From: Felis catus
Taxonomy: Eukaryota
NCBI RefSeq assembly: GCF_018350175.1
Contig: NC_058368.1
Coordinates: 142,230,001 to 142,294,000, forward strand
Reading direction: 5' to 3'
DNA: 64,000 nucleotides
Each line of letters starts with the position of its first letter. Positions within the stretch are counted from its first letter, which is position 1. Shown here one piece after another: positions 10,628 to 21,520 of this stretch. The notes below the pieces were generated by a model that did no database searches, had not been told where the DNA came from, and saw nothing but the letters and a program-made list of their open reading frames with translations. The translations under genes and the position numbers were made by a program.

Positions 10628-12103
10628 TAAATTTTCAGTCTTAACCTTAATCATCAACGCTGATAGTTGATCACTATCTCATTCTTAGGACATTTTCTTC
10701 ATTTGGCTGTCAGAGCAGTTGAATTTTTCCTTCTCCGTCTTCTTTGATGGTTTCTCTTCTTCCTTGCTGCTTCACCTGCGTTATTGGAGGGCACCTGGAA
10801 TTAGGCTTTGCTTCTCTCTTCATCTGTGCTCATTCAGATGGTGATTTCATCCAGTTTTATAGGTTTAAGTACTGTCTCCATGCTGATGACTCCCAAATTT
10901 ACATCTCCAGTGCAAACTTCTCTTCTGAAAACTAGATTCATATATTTAGCTGCCTACTAGACATGTCTACCTGAATGTCTTAGAAGTTGCAGATTTAGGG
11001 GGATGAAAACTGAACTGAGTCCCTTAGATGTAAACCTGCTAATTTTCGGTCTTTCTCCTCTCTGTCCTATTAGTTGCTTAGACCAAAACTTTGGTGGTAT
11101 TTCACTATTTGCATTTCCTTCTATCTCCCATCATTCTGTCAGGAAATCCTGTTGGCTGTCCCTTAATGATTTGTCCAGATCTCATCCCTTTTCTTCACAG
11201 CCACCACCTGGCTTGAGCTGTGATCATCCTTTGCCTGGATTACTGCAGTGCTGTTTTCCTAACTACTGTCTCTCCTTCCACTTTTGCCATGTTTCAGTTC
11301 ATTTTCAACTCAGTAGTCAGAATGATACCTTAAGGTTGATCATTTCAGTCTCCTATTAAGAACTCTTTCCTAGCTTTTAATTTTCTTTGGAGTAAAACCA
11401 AAAGTCCTTAAAGTAGCCTACAGTCTGGTTCCTGACACCTCTCTCTTCTTTATCTCCTCACACTCTTTCTCTTATGTATTCCTATATCCAGCACACTGGT
11501 CTTTGTCATCTAGGCCAGGTATTCTGCTCACTTTGTGTTCGCTATGCCTTCTGTGTGAGATGGTCTTCCCCCAGATACCTGGAAGGTTGACTTCTTAACT
11601 TTCATTAATTGTTTACTCACAGGTGGCTTCCCTGACCACCTTTGTAAAATTAAATCTCCACTCAACCTTTATTCGTGACACCTTTACCCTGTTTTTTGTT
11701 CTTGTTCCATAAAATTTACTGCTGAGATACTTTATAATGTGTTTATTATGTATATTGTTTATCTTGCATTGCTAGCATGTAAACTTCAGGAGAGTAGGGA
11801 TGTTTACCTGTTTCGTTCATTAATGTATCTTACGTGTCTGTAACTATTGGACATTGTAGTTGATCAGTAAATATTTGATCAGTGTATATACAGATATGTA
11901 TGGCCACACCTCTCTTCTTTTAGGTAACTTTAACTGCTTTGAAACTCTTATCCTTGTATATTCTTTTCCTTCCTTCTTATTGAGGATCTCTTCCCCCAAG
12001 TATTCAAATCTTTAAATGCCTTGTTTTAAAATGTTACCTATTGTGATAAAATTATTTCTATTTGTCCTGAGTCTGACATGAATGTGTATAATTTTCACCA
12101 CTG

Positions 12104-12322
12104 TTTTTTTTTCAATTTTTTTTTAACGTTTATTTTTGAGACAGAGAGAGACAGAGCATGAACGGGGGAGGGGCAGAGAGAGAGGGAGACACAGAATCGG
12201 AAGCAGGCTCCAGGCTCTGAGCCATCAGCCCAGAGCCTGATGCGGGGCTCGAACTCACGGACCGTGAGATCGTGATCTGGCTGAAGTCGGACGCTTAACC
12301 GACTGCGCCACCCAGGCGCCCC
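12104..12322 (-). mobile_element. Young CanSINE (SINEC_Fc1-like)
   Basis: TSD ttcaccactgttttt on both sides; gactgcgccacccaggcgcccc. Confidence 0.95.
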
Positions 12323-12358
12323 TTCACCACTGTTTTTAACAAGAAACTCTGTGTTAAA

Positions 12359-12573
12359 TTTTTTATTGATGTTTTTAATTTAATTTTGAGACAGAGCACG
12401 AGTGGGGGAAGGGCAGAGAAAGAGGGAGACACAGAATCCGAAGCAGGCTCCAGGCTCGGAGCTGTCAGCACAGAGTCTGACGTGGGGCCCGAACCCATGA
12501 ACCGTGACATCATGACCTGAGCCAAAGTTGGATGCTTAGGCTGAGCATCCTGACTGAGCCCCCTAGGCATCCC
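12359..12573 (-). mobile_element. CanSINE
   Basis: Standard body, with a small duplication ctgagcatcctgactgagc. Confidence 0.9.
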
Positions 12574-12697
12574 AAGAGAATTTGTGTTAAGTATAACCAC
12601 AGTCAGTTCTTGTCTTCTCAGAGACTGAAAAAGTCAATGGAAGCCGTAAAAGTTGTAGGTTTCTTTTGGCAATGTCTTAACCTTTGTTGCCTTAGAG

Positions 12698-12884
12698 AAG
12701 AGTTTTCAAATTTCAGGATATCTAAAACTTACCTTGAGGAGCTTGTTTAAAAATGCAAATCTTTCTCATCCCCCTGAGTTTTTGAATCTATGTGTCTACA
12801 GCAGAGCCAGAGTCTGCATTTTCAGTAAGTACCAGGAGTTTCTGATGCAGGGGATCTATAAAGATATTAAGAACCATTGCTTTA
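12698..12884. mobile_element. MER5-like hAT MITE
   Basis: gaggagcttgtttaaaaatgcaaat...tctgcattttcagtaagtaccagg...gaaccattg. Confidence 0.7.
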
Positions 12885-13098
12885 GGAGCGCCTGGGTAGC
12901 TCAGTTGGTTAAGTGTCTGCCTTTGGCTCAGGTCATGATCTCGAAGTTCATAAGTTTGAGTCCCACATTAGGCTCTCAGATGTCAGTGCAGAACCTGCTT
13001 CGCATCCTCTGTCCCTATCTCTTTTTGCCCCTCCCTTGCTTGTGCGCTCTCTCTCTCTCTCTCTTGCTTCCTCTCAAAAATAAATAAACATAAAAAAA
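12885..13098 (+). mobile_element. CanSINE
   Basis: TSD ccattgctttag on both sides. Confidence 0.92.
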
Positions 13099-13179
13099 TG
13101 CCATTGCTTTAGACCTTGAGTAAACTTAGGAGCTTTACTGGCTCACAGGTGGAAAGAAAGAGCAGGAAAAAACAAAGGG

Positions 13180-13213
13180 GTTTAGAATGTGTTTAGAATG
13201 TGTTTAGAATGTG
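13180..13213. repeat. 11-bp tandem repeat (gtttagaatgt) x3
   Basis: Read directly from the sequence. Confidence 0.9.
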
Positions 13214-13284
13214 GAAGACAAACCAGAAAGGCTAACATATGTTTATTTGTGCATGAGAAAGAGAAGTCATGTGCCAGTGCCTTG

Positions 13285-13298
13285 AAGGGAAGGGGTGG

Positions 13299-13351
<53 letters not shown>

Positions 13352-13477
13352 TGCCAAGCAGTCTCTGAAGGGTCAGCACAGAGGCCAATGTGGGGCTCCA
13401 GCCCACGAACCATGAGATCGGGACCTGAGGCGAGATCAAGAGTTGGAGGTTGAGCCGGCTGAACCATCCAGGTGCCC
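13285..13477 (-). mobile_element. CanSINE with expanded (GA)n tract and no obvious tail
   Basis: gggtcagcacagag...catccaggtgccc. Confidence 0.9.
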
Positions 13478-13723
13478 TGACTATTAATAATTATTAATTA
13501 TTAATATATATGATAAAATTTTAATAATCATAGTTCTTAATAATGGAGTGCCTTTGTAATTTTTATTCCAGAGAGCTCATTATGTTATAGAATAATTTCT
13601 CTGCCATTGAATTGCCATCATTGTTATAATGTTCTTAATGCCATTGAGCTAAAATATATTTTCCTATAATTTTTATCTGTTGGTTCCAGTTGAGTTCTCT
13701 AGAGCCACACACAGCAGGCAAAT

Positions 13724-14420
13724 AGGACAATATGAACGGATCTTGGGGGCATTATGCTACATGAGATAAGTCGGGCAGAGAAAGACAAATACTGTGTCAT
13801 CTCCCTTATATGTGGAAACTTTAACAAAAGCAAAAACAGTCTTAAAGAAAAGGAGAACAGATAAGTGGATGCCAGAGGTGGAAGGTGGGAAGTGGGTGAG
13901 ATGGGTGAAGAGAGTCAGAAGGTACAAATGTCCAGTTATTTATAAATAAGTCATGATGATATAATGTATAGCACGTTGACTATAGTTAATGATACTGTAT
14001 ACATATTTGAAAGTTGCTAAGAGGGGCACCTGGGTGGCTCAGTTGGTTAAGTGTCCAACTTTGGCTTAAGTCATGATCTCATGGTTTGTGTGTTTGAGCC
14101 CCACATCTGGCTCTCTGCTGTGTTAGTACATAGCCTGCTTCAGATCTTATGTCCCCCCTCTCTTTCTGCCCTTTCCCCACTTGCTCTCTCTCTCTGTCTC
14201 TCTCAAAATAAATAAATATACTTAAAAAAAGATGCTAAGAGCATAGATATTAAAACTTCTCACCACAAGAAAAAAGGTTTTGTAACAATGTATGGGGATG
14301 GATGTTAACTAGACTTATTTTGGTGGTTATTTTTGCATTGTGTACAAATAGTGATTGAATCATTGTGGTATACCTGAAACTAATATAAATGTTATGTCAA
14401 TTATACCTTAATTAAAATAT
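13724..14420 (+). mobile_element. Old L1 3' UTR fragment (L1MA-like)
   Basis: cattatgctacatgagataagtcgggcagagaaagacaaatactg...tacctgaaactaatataaatgttatgtcaattatacc. Confidence 0.88.
14023..14230 (+). mobile_element. CanSINE
   Basis: TSD g(t/a)tgctaagag. Confidence 0.92.
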
Positions 14421-14523
14421 TATAACCCCTTAACTTTCACAGGTATTTTAAACTACAGTCTGTTTCTAACTTGGAAATTTCATTCACCATGAGAGAAGGA
14501 TATATAGTCTTGTTATCCCAGAC

Positions 14524-14725
14524 TTTTTCTTTTGTTTATTTATTTTTAGGGAGAGAGAGAAAATGCGAATGGGGAAGGGGTATCCCAATCAGAGAGAGAA
14601 TCCCAGTCAGGCTCTGCACTGTCATTCAGCTTGGCTTGGAGCTTGAACTCAGGAACTGTGAGATCATGACCTGAGCCAAAAACAAGGGTCCTATTTGTAA
14701 CTTATTGAGCCACCTAGGTGCCCCC
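14524..14725 (-). mobile_element. CanSINE, diverged
   Basis: TSD cccagacttt. Confidence 0.88.
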
Positions 14726-15629
14726 AGACTTTGTTTTTGATTCTGCCCCCAAGATTGCTGTCCTGTTGTCCTGGCTTGTCATTTATTACCAGAGCAATGG
14801 CTAACACAGTTTCAGGATTGTCAGAACGAGAGGAGCTAATCTTACTCTGGTACATCCAGTTGCACTAGAGTTTTCTCTATTTCCTACAGATAAATTGACT
14901 TTGCTTCTTCATCTGGAGTTTTGATGAGTATAAAATGATGATCATATATCCAGAGGTGTTCAGTGAGGCAGGAAGATATTTCTTCTTGAATTTCAAACTT
15001 TGTTTCTGGTATCATTTTTCCTGTTCTTAAAGTAAAAGTTTCTTTAGTGAGTGTTTATTGGTAGTACCTGTTTTAGTATTTCTCGTTATTTGCACTTGAT
15101 CAAAAGTGCACTTGATCAATAGTTATTTGCTATGATCAAAAACTGATAATAGCAGATTTAGAAGTCCGCATTGACAATTACTTTCTCTAATCAATTTGGC
15201 ACATTTTACTTGGGCTTCCATTGTAGCTGTTGGTAAGTTAGCTCTGAGTCTTATTGATGTTCCTTTGTTTAGGTATTGTGTCTTTTTTTTTTTTTTTTGA
15301 TGTTTTTAAGATGTCTTGTTTTTAGTGTTTGTTCTTTCACTGTGATGTATCTCTGTTAATTTTTTAAAGATGCGATTTGAGTTTTTCAGTCTGAGAATTA
15401 GTGTCCTCACAGTCTGTTTGAATATTGACTCCTCTCCTTCATTTTCTGTTTTCTTCCTCTGGAGCTCTTAGTTGTTGGACCTTCTCTCAATTTATTGTCA
15501 GCTCTCTTAACCTTTCATATTTTTCATTTTTTAGGATTTCTCTACTGCATTCTGCGCAGTTTCTTTAGACGCGCTTCTCTTTCCCTAGTTATCTCTTCAT
15601 CTTTGTGTAGTGTGTTGTTTGACTTACCT

Positions 15630-15802
15630 TTTTATTTTTTCTAATTTCTTATGCTTATTTATAAGAGTGAGAAAGAGAGAGAGGCAGAGAGGAGAGAGAG
15701 AATCCTTAGTAGGCTCTGCACTGTCAGCACTGTGGGGCTTGAACTCACAAACTGAGATTATAACCTGAGCCGAAGTCAAGAGTCCGTGCCTCCCAGGCCA
15801 CC
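15630..15802 (-). mobile_element. CanSINE with internal deletions
   Basis: gagagaatccttagtaggctctgcactgtcagc...gagccgaagtcaagag. Confidence 0.85.
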
Positions 15803-16121
15803 TTTGTGTGACTTATCTTTAAAATTTTATGGTTTCAGTTATTTCATTTTTCATTACTAGAAGTTCCATTTGTATTTTAAGATGATGATTGTTGCTTAGT
15901 CATACTTCGATTACCCTCTTTTATTTCTTTAGTAAACAATGTATTTTATATTTTTGATAATTCTAACATTTTATTAGATATTTGATAATTTGAATATCTT
16001 AGGTTTTATGTTGTCATTTGTACATCTGTGGATCCTTGCTCATGATGGCTTGTTACCTTCTGTTTAAGTCATGAGGCACAGTTACTTTATCTGTGAAAAA
16101 TTCTTTGAAGGCTGGTTTAAA

Positions 16122-16335
16122 ATTTTTTTTTGGTGTTTATTTATTTTTGAGACAAAGAGAGACAGAGCATGAGCAGGGGAGGGGCAGAGAGAGAGGGAGA
16201 CACAGAATCCAAAGCAGGTTCCAGGCTCTGAGCTGTTAGCAAATAGCCTGACGCAGGGCTCGAACCCACATACCATGAGATACTGACCTGAGCCGAAGTC
16301 AGACACTTAACCAACTGAGCCACCCAGGTGCCCCT
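16122..16335 (-). mobile_element. CanSINE
   Basis: TSD aaggctggtt. Confidence 0.93.
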
Positions 16336-16961
16336 AAAGGCTGGTTCTACAGTGTGTTCCTCTACTTTTGCCAGGTCCCTGAGGTCACTGCCAACCTTGC
16401 AATGAAAATCTTAGCTTGTATTATTTTTTGTATGTGGTTAGTGTGACTTCTGGCCCCAACTCTGTGAGTTGGTAGGTTTATGACTAGGAATTCTCAGGGA
16501 GGATTTCTATTTTTTCCCCCTTGTTTATCCACAGTCAAGGGCAAAACAGGCAAGTATTGCTGCTATTTACTTCTCTCATGCTGCTATTTTTCTAACCAGT
16601 GGGATTTCCTGGCCTTCCGAGAGCTTAGTCGTGTATTTAAAATATTATTTAAATAAATTCGATCCAGGATTTTGGTATTAGGTATTGGGGGTTTCCTTGT
16701 TGTGTGTGGTCGGCTGTGTTGCCAGAAATGGAAGTCCTTTCTTTTTTTAGTTGGATAAATTTCACATAAAACATTGTGTAAGTTTAAGATGTATAGCCCT
16801 GTTGCTATGGTATATTTATATATTGTAATATGGTTGCCTTTGTAGCCATATGCATCAAATAACATACAGTACAGTGTTATTGTCTTTACTGTATTGTCTG
16901 TAATATATTGTACATTAGATCTCTATGGCTTATTTACTGCTTGTTAGAAGTTTGTACTCTT

Positions 16962-17180
16962 GGAGCACCTGGTTGGCTCAGTTGGTTAAGTGTCCGACTT
17001 TTGATTTTGGCTCAGGTCATGATCTCCCAGTCATGGGATTGAGCCCCATTTGACATTATGCTGGGCGTGGAGCCTGGTTGGAATTCTCTCACGCTCTCAC
17101 TCTCTCTCTTCCCCTCTCTCTCTGCCCCTCCCCTGCTAATATACACATGTGTACTCTCGCTTTCTCTCAAAATAAATAAC
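16962..17180 (+). mobile_element. CanSINE
   Basis: ggagcacctggttggctcagttggttaag head; A tail. Confidence 0.92.
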
Positions 17181-17817
17181 CTGTTTGGCTTTTTGGATTC
17201 TACATGTAAGTGGTATCATATAGTACTTGTTATTCTCTGACTTACCTCACTTATAATAGTATGCTCAAGATTCTTCCATGTTGTTGCCAAATGGCTGAAT
17301 ATCCTCCTTTTTCATGGCCGAGCAATATTCCATCATGTATATGTACCACATCTTTTTTATTGATTCATCCATTGATGGGCATTTGGGTTGTTTCTATATA
17401 TTGGCTATTGATGGTGAAGAATGCTGTGATAAACATGATAATGTATGTATCTTGTTGAAATTCTGTCTTCATTTTCTTTGGGCATGTACACAGGGTGGAA
17501 TTGCTAGATTGTATGGAAGATTTATTTTCATTTTTGGGGGGAACCTCCACATTATTTTCCATAGAAGTTGAAATAATTTAATTTACATTCCCACCAACAG
17601 AGTATAAGTGGCTCCTTTTTGCCACATCCTCACTAGCAGGTATTGTCTCCTGTCTTCTTGATAGCCATTCTGATAGATGTGAAGCACTTATTTTATTGTG
17701 CTCTGGACTTGCATTTTACTGGCTTTTAGTGATGTTGAGCATCATCTCATGTGCCTGTTTGCCTTTAGATGTTGTTTTTGGAAAAAATGTCTTTTTTTGT
17801 TCTTGACATTAAAAAAA

Positions 17818-18044
17818 TTTTTTTTAATGTTTATTTATTTTTGAGACAATGTGAGAGACAGAGTGCAAGCAGCAGAGGGGCAGACAGAGGGAGACACAGA
17901 ATCTGAAGTGGGCTTCAGACAGAGGGAGACACAGAATCTGAGCTGTGAGCTCAGAGCCCAATGCGGGGCTCAAACTCACGAACCATGGGATCATGACCTG
18001 AGCCAAAGTCAGACGCTTAACTGACTGAGCCACTCAGGCTCTCC
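17818..18044 (-). mobile_element. CanSINE with internal duplication
   Basis: TSD tgttcttgacatt; cagacagaggg(g)agacacagaatctga occurs twice. Confidence 0.92.
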
Positions 18045-18959
18045 TGTTCTTGACATTTTAAAATCAGAAGTCTGTATGTATTTTGGATATTAATCCCTTA
18101 TTTGATAAATGGTTTGAGAATTTTTTCTCCCATTCTGAAAGGTTGTCTTCACTTTTTCTTTTGCTGTGGTCTTTTGAGTTTGATGTAGTCCCATTTATTG
18201 ATTTTTTTTTTCCTTTTGTTGTTTGTGTTTTTGACAGTGCACAAAAAATTATTGCCAACCAGTATTAATGAGCTTCTTCTGTACTTCTGGGAGTTTTATG
18301 ATATTGGGTCTTATGTTTAAGTCTTTGATCCATTTTTAATTTGTGAGTTTTGTGAGATGGGGGACCACCTTCATTATTCTGCATATGTTTCTGCAATTTG
18401 CCCAGCATCATTTGTTGAAGAGACTATCCTTTCCCCAGTGAGTGTTCTTGGCTGCCTTTGAATGTTAGTTGACCACATATGCTGGGATTTAATTTTGGTT
18501 TCTTTATTCTGTTTCATTGGTGTATGTGTCTGTTTCTGTGCCAGAACCATACTGTTTTTATTACTCAGGCTTTGTAGTATAGTTTGAAATCAGGAAGTGT
18601 GATGTGATACCTCTGGCTTTTTTCCTCAGGATGGCTTTGGCTATTAGAGGTCTTAGGTGGTTCCATACAAATTGTAGTATTTTTTTTTCTCTTTCTGTGA
18701 AGAATGCCTTTGGTATTTTGATGCCGATTATGTTGAGTCTGTGGATGGCTTTAGGTAGTATGGCAGTGTTTACAAAGTGGACTCTTCCAATCATGTACAT
18801 ATAGTGTCTTTCCATTCATTTGTGTCTTTTTTGATTTCTTTCAGCGAAGTGTTCTCATTTTTGTTGTACAGATCTTTCATTTATTTGGTTAAATTTATTC
18901 CCAAGTATTTTTTTAACCTTAAATTCACATTTATTTAAAAATGCCAACTTTTAAAAATT

Positions 18960-19095
18960 AAGTTCTTTTTAATTTTAATTCCAGTATAGTTAATAATACA
19001 GTGTTATATTTGTTTCAGGTGTACAATATAGTAATTCAGTAATTCTAAACATTGCTCAATGCTCTGTACTCCTTATGATGTCTACTCTTAAATCT
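18960..19095 (-). mobile_element. Very short carnivore L1 3' end
   Basis: aattccagtatagttaataatacagtgttatatttgtttcaggtgtacaatatagt. Possible TSD caagtatttt near 18902 and 19109. Confidence 0.75.
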
Positions 19096-19122
19096 CTAAA
19101 ACTTAATTCAAGTATTTTATTG

Positions 19123-19332
19123 TTTTTTTTTAAACGTTTATTTTTGAGAGACAGAGAGAGACAGAGAATGAGCAGGGGAGGGACAGAGAGAGAGGGAGAC
19201 ACAGAATCTGAAGCAGGCTCCAGGCTCTAAGATGTCAGCACAGAGCCCGACGCGGGGCTCGAACTCACGGACCGCGAGATCGTGACCTGGCTGAAGTCGG
19301 ACGCTTAACCGACTGCGCCACCCAGGCTCCCC
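19123..19332 (-). mobile_element. Chimeric CanSINE (older 3' half, young 5' half), no clear TSD
   Basis: atgagcagg, aagcagg and tgtcagcac on the left; ggaccgcgagatcgtgacctggctg and gactgcgcca on the right. Confidence 0.93.
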
Positions 19333-20277
19333 TTCATTTGTTATTTAAAGCAATAAAGAATTTATAGTAAGTTTTCAACTGGGTGAGTTTTTGGATAATT
19401 CCTTGTGTGTTTTTTTCTGAAGTGTGTTGCCAGACTAACTTTGTCAGTCATTTATATGGTCATTGTTATGTTGTATCTACTTATTAATCCAAGAGAGTGA
19501 GACTTCAGGGTCATCCTTTTCTAGTTGGAGAACAGTTAAGATTGATTAGCTTCAGTTTTTCTGCCTATTTATATGAGATATTGGAGTGAGGGGAACAAAC
19601 TATTGGAACAGAGAACTTACAATTCTTTTAATAAGAAAAGATGATAGTGGAGATAAAAAAATACAAGAAAAATCTTTTGATCTCACTATTCAGAAATAAT
19701 CACTATTAATATTTTGACATATTTTATTAAATTTTTAGATTAAAGTTGACATAGTTTTATAACTTCCATCACTTATTGGTACAAACTTTTCCAGTTATAT
19801 TAAATACTCTTTCAGAACTTTTAAATGCATAAAATGCTCTCTTCTGGATAAAATAACTTACCTATTTTTTTTATTTTGGACATTTGGATTATTGCTAACT
19901 TTTTGCTTTTGTAAATAATGCTATAGTGAGCATTCTTGGCAAACACATTTGTGCATATCTTGGATTATTCCTTAAGATATTTTTTAAGACTACCTATTTG
20001 CGAGTAATAAAGTATAAATACTTCTATGGTTCTTGTACGTAATGCTAAGTTATGCTCCAGGATTATTATATGAACTAGTTTATACTCCTCTATTATCAGT
20101 GAGTGAGAATACCCATTTTACCACATCTTTTCCAAAATGGGATAATCTTATGGTAATAATGACCTAAAAAATAATTAGATGAGGTTTACTTTTTTGATTA
20201 CTAATAAGGTTAACATTTTTAATATTTGTTTATTTTTTAAATGTATTCTGGAACCTGCTTGATAAGGGTGTTCTAAA

Positions 20278-20308
20278 TTTTTAAACATTTTTATTTTTTT
20301 TATTTTGG

Positions 20309-20340
<32 letters not shown>

Positions 20341-20506
20341 ATGAGCAGGGGAGGGGCACAGAAAGAGGGAGGCACAGAATCTGAAGCAGGCTCTAGGCTC
20401 TGAGCTGTCCGCACAGAGCCTGTTGTGGGGCATGAACTCTTAAATGGTGAGACCGTGACCTGAGCCGAAGTGGGATGCTCAACCTACTGAGTCACCCATG
20501 CACCCC
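20278..20506 (-). mobile_element. CanSINE
   Basis: TSD ataaggg; standard body. Confidence 0.92.
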
Positions 20507-21265
20507 TATAAGGGCTTTTTAAAATGTATTTTTCCTCAGTAACATGTGGATCTATTTTTTTGATTTGTATATGATGAAATGTATTAACCAATTGATGGTT
20601 ATATGTGTTATTAGCTTTTGCTTTTTAATCTTGGTTATAAAATACTTTATATCATCAAACTTCTAAATATATACCTTTTCATTATGATTTCTCTCCCCTC
20701 ATCCCTTTTAAATGTTTAGAATACCTTTCCTCAACCCATGATCCAATAGTCGTCTATATTCTATGTACTGTATTGTGTACTGGTGTCTTTATAGTTAAAA
20801 AAAAAATCCATTTGGGATTTATTCTGGTGAGATACAGAGAAGTGATTTCCACCCCCTGCCCCAAACATTTAAATAACTGTCTCAGCATGATTTTGATGAT
20901 CTTTACTACTCCCATTGTTTTGAAATGCTGTCTTGGTTATATGCTGCTATCGTGTATATACTGGAATTTGAAATTTTGGTAATTCAGACTTCATGTTTTT
21001 CTATCTTACGGTTTGGGAAATAGGCCACTGTTTTTGTAGTTCTTGATTACTAGTGAGTTTGAACCATTGATTGTTTTATTGACCATCCCTGTTTTCTTAG
21101 TTGTGTTGCCTGTTCAGGTCTTTTGCTCATATTTCTATTAGTAGTTGGTAGTTACATCAATTTGTAGAAATTCTTTATGTATTTGGAATAGCATTATATA
21201 TGCATTATAACCACTTTTCCCTAGACTGTGATTTGAAGTTTCACTTGATGTTAAGTTTGAATATA

Positions 21266-21520
21266 TAGGTTTCCCCCACTATTCAAAAGTAAGACATACT
21301 GAAACCTTTTTTGAGCCAAAATGGCATAAAGTGAAGGGTATCCCTTGCTTTCCAAAACTTTGTTATACCACTTTACTTTTACAAAAGACATACATTAGTA
21401 CCTGTAATCGCTAATCAGGAGAAATCCGATTTTCTTCTATTTTGTGAAAAAAGCTATCACTGTACAGCAGAGGCTTTTTGAAGTGGTGTAAAGTTAGCTT
21501 TCAGAAAGTGGGGATACCTG
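21266..21520. mobile_element. Tc1/mariner-Tigger-like non-autonomous DNA transposon
   Basis: Inverted termini taggtttcccccactattc and gaaagtggggatacctg, with TA on both sides (21264-21265, 21521-21522). Confidence 0.75.

Larger units (their letters stand above)
7040..11885 (+). mobile_element. L2 (ORF2 RT region to 3' end) in segments of about 7040-7835, 9930-10170 and 10630-11885, interrupted by L1 and SINEs
   Basis: RT motif relic HADDSQIYISS (ORF 10744-10935); L2 3' end gtagttgatcagtaaatatttga near 11860-11880. Confidence 0.8.
15180..16737 (-). mobile_element. Ancient L1 ORF1/5' region remnant
   Basis: ggcttccattgtagctgttggtaagttagct...tttcactgtgatgtatct...tagaagttccatttg. Confidence 0.6.
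16740..19122 (-). mobile_element. L1 3' UTR plus ORF2 C-terminal part (L1MA-like)
   Basis: ORF2 relics [21 protein letters not shown] (18561-18815) and WEKKFSNHLSNKGLISKI (18064-18258). Confidence 0.9.
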
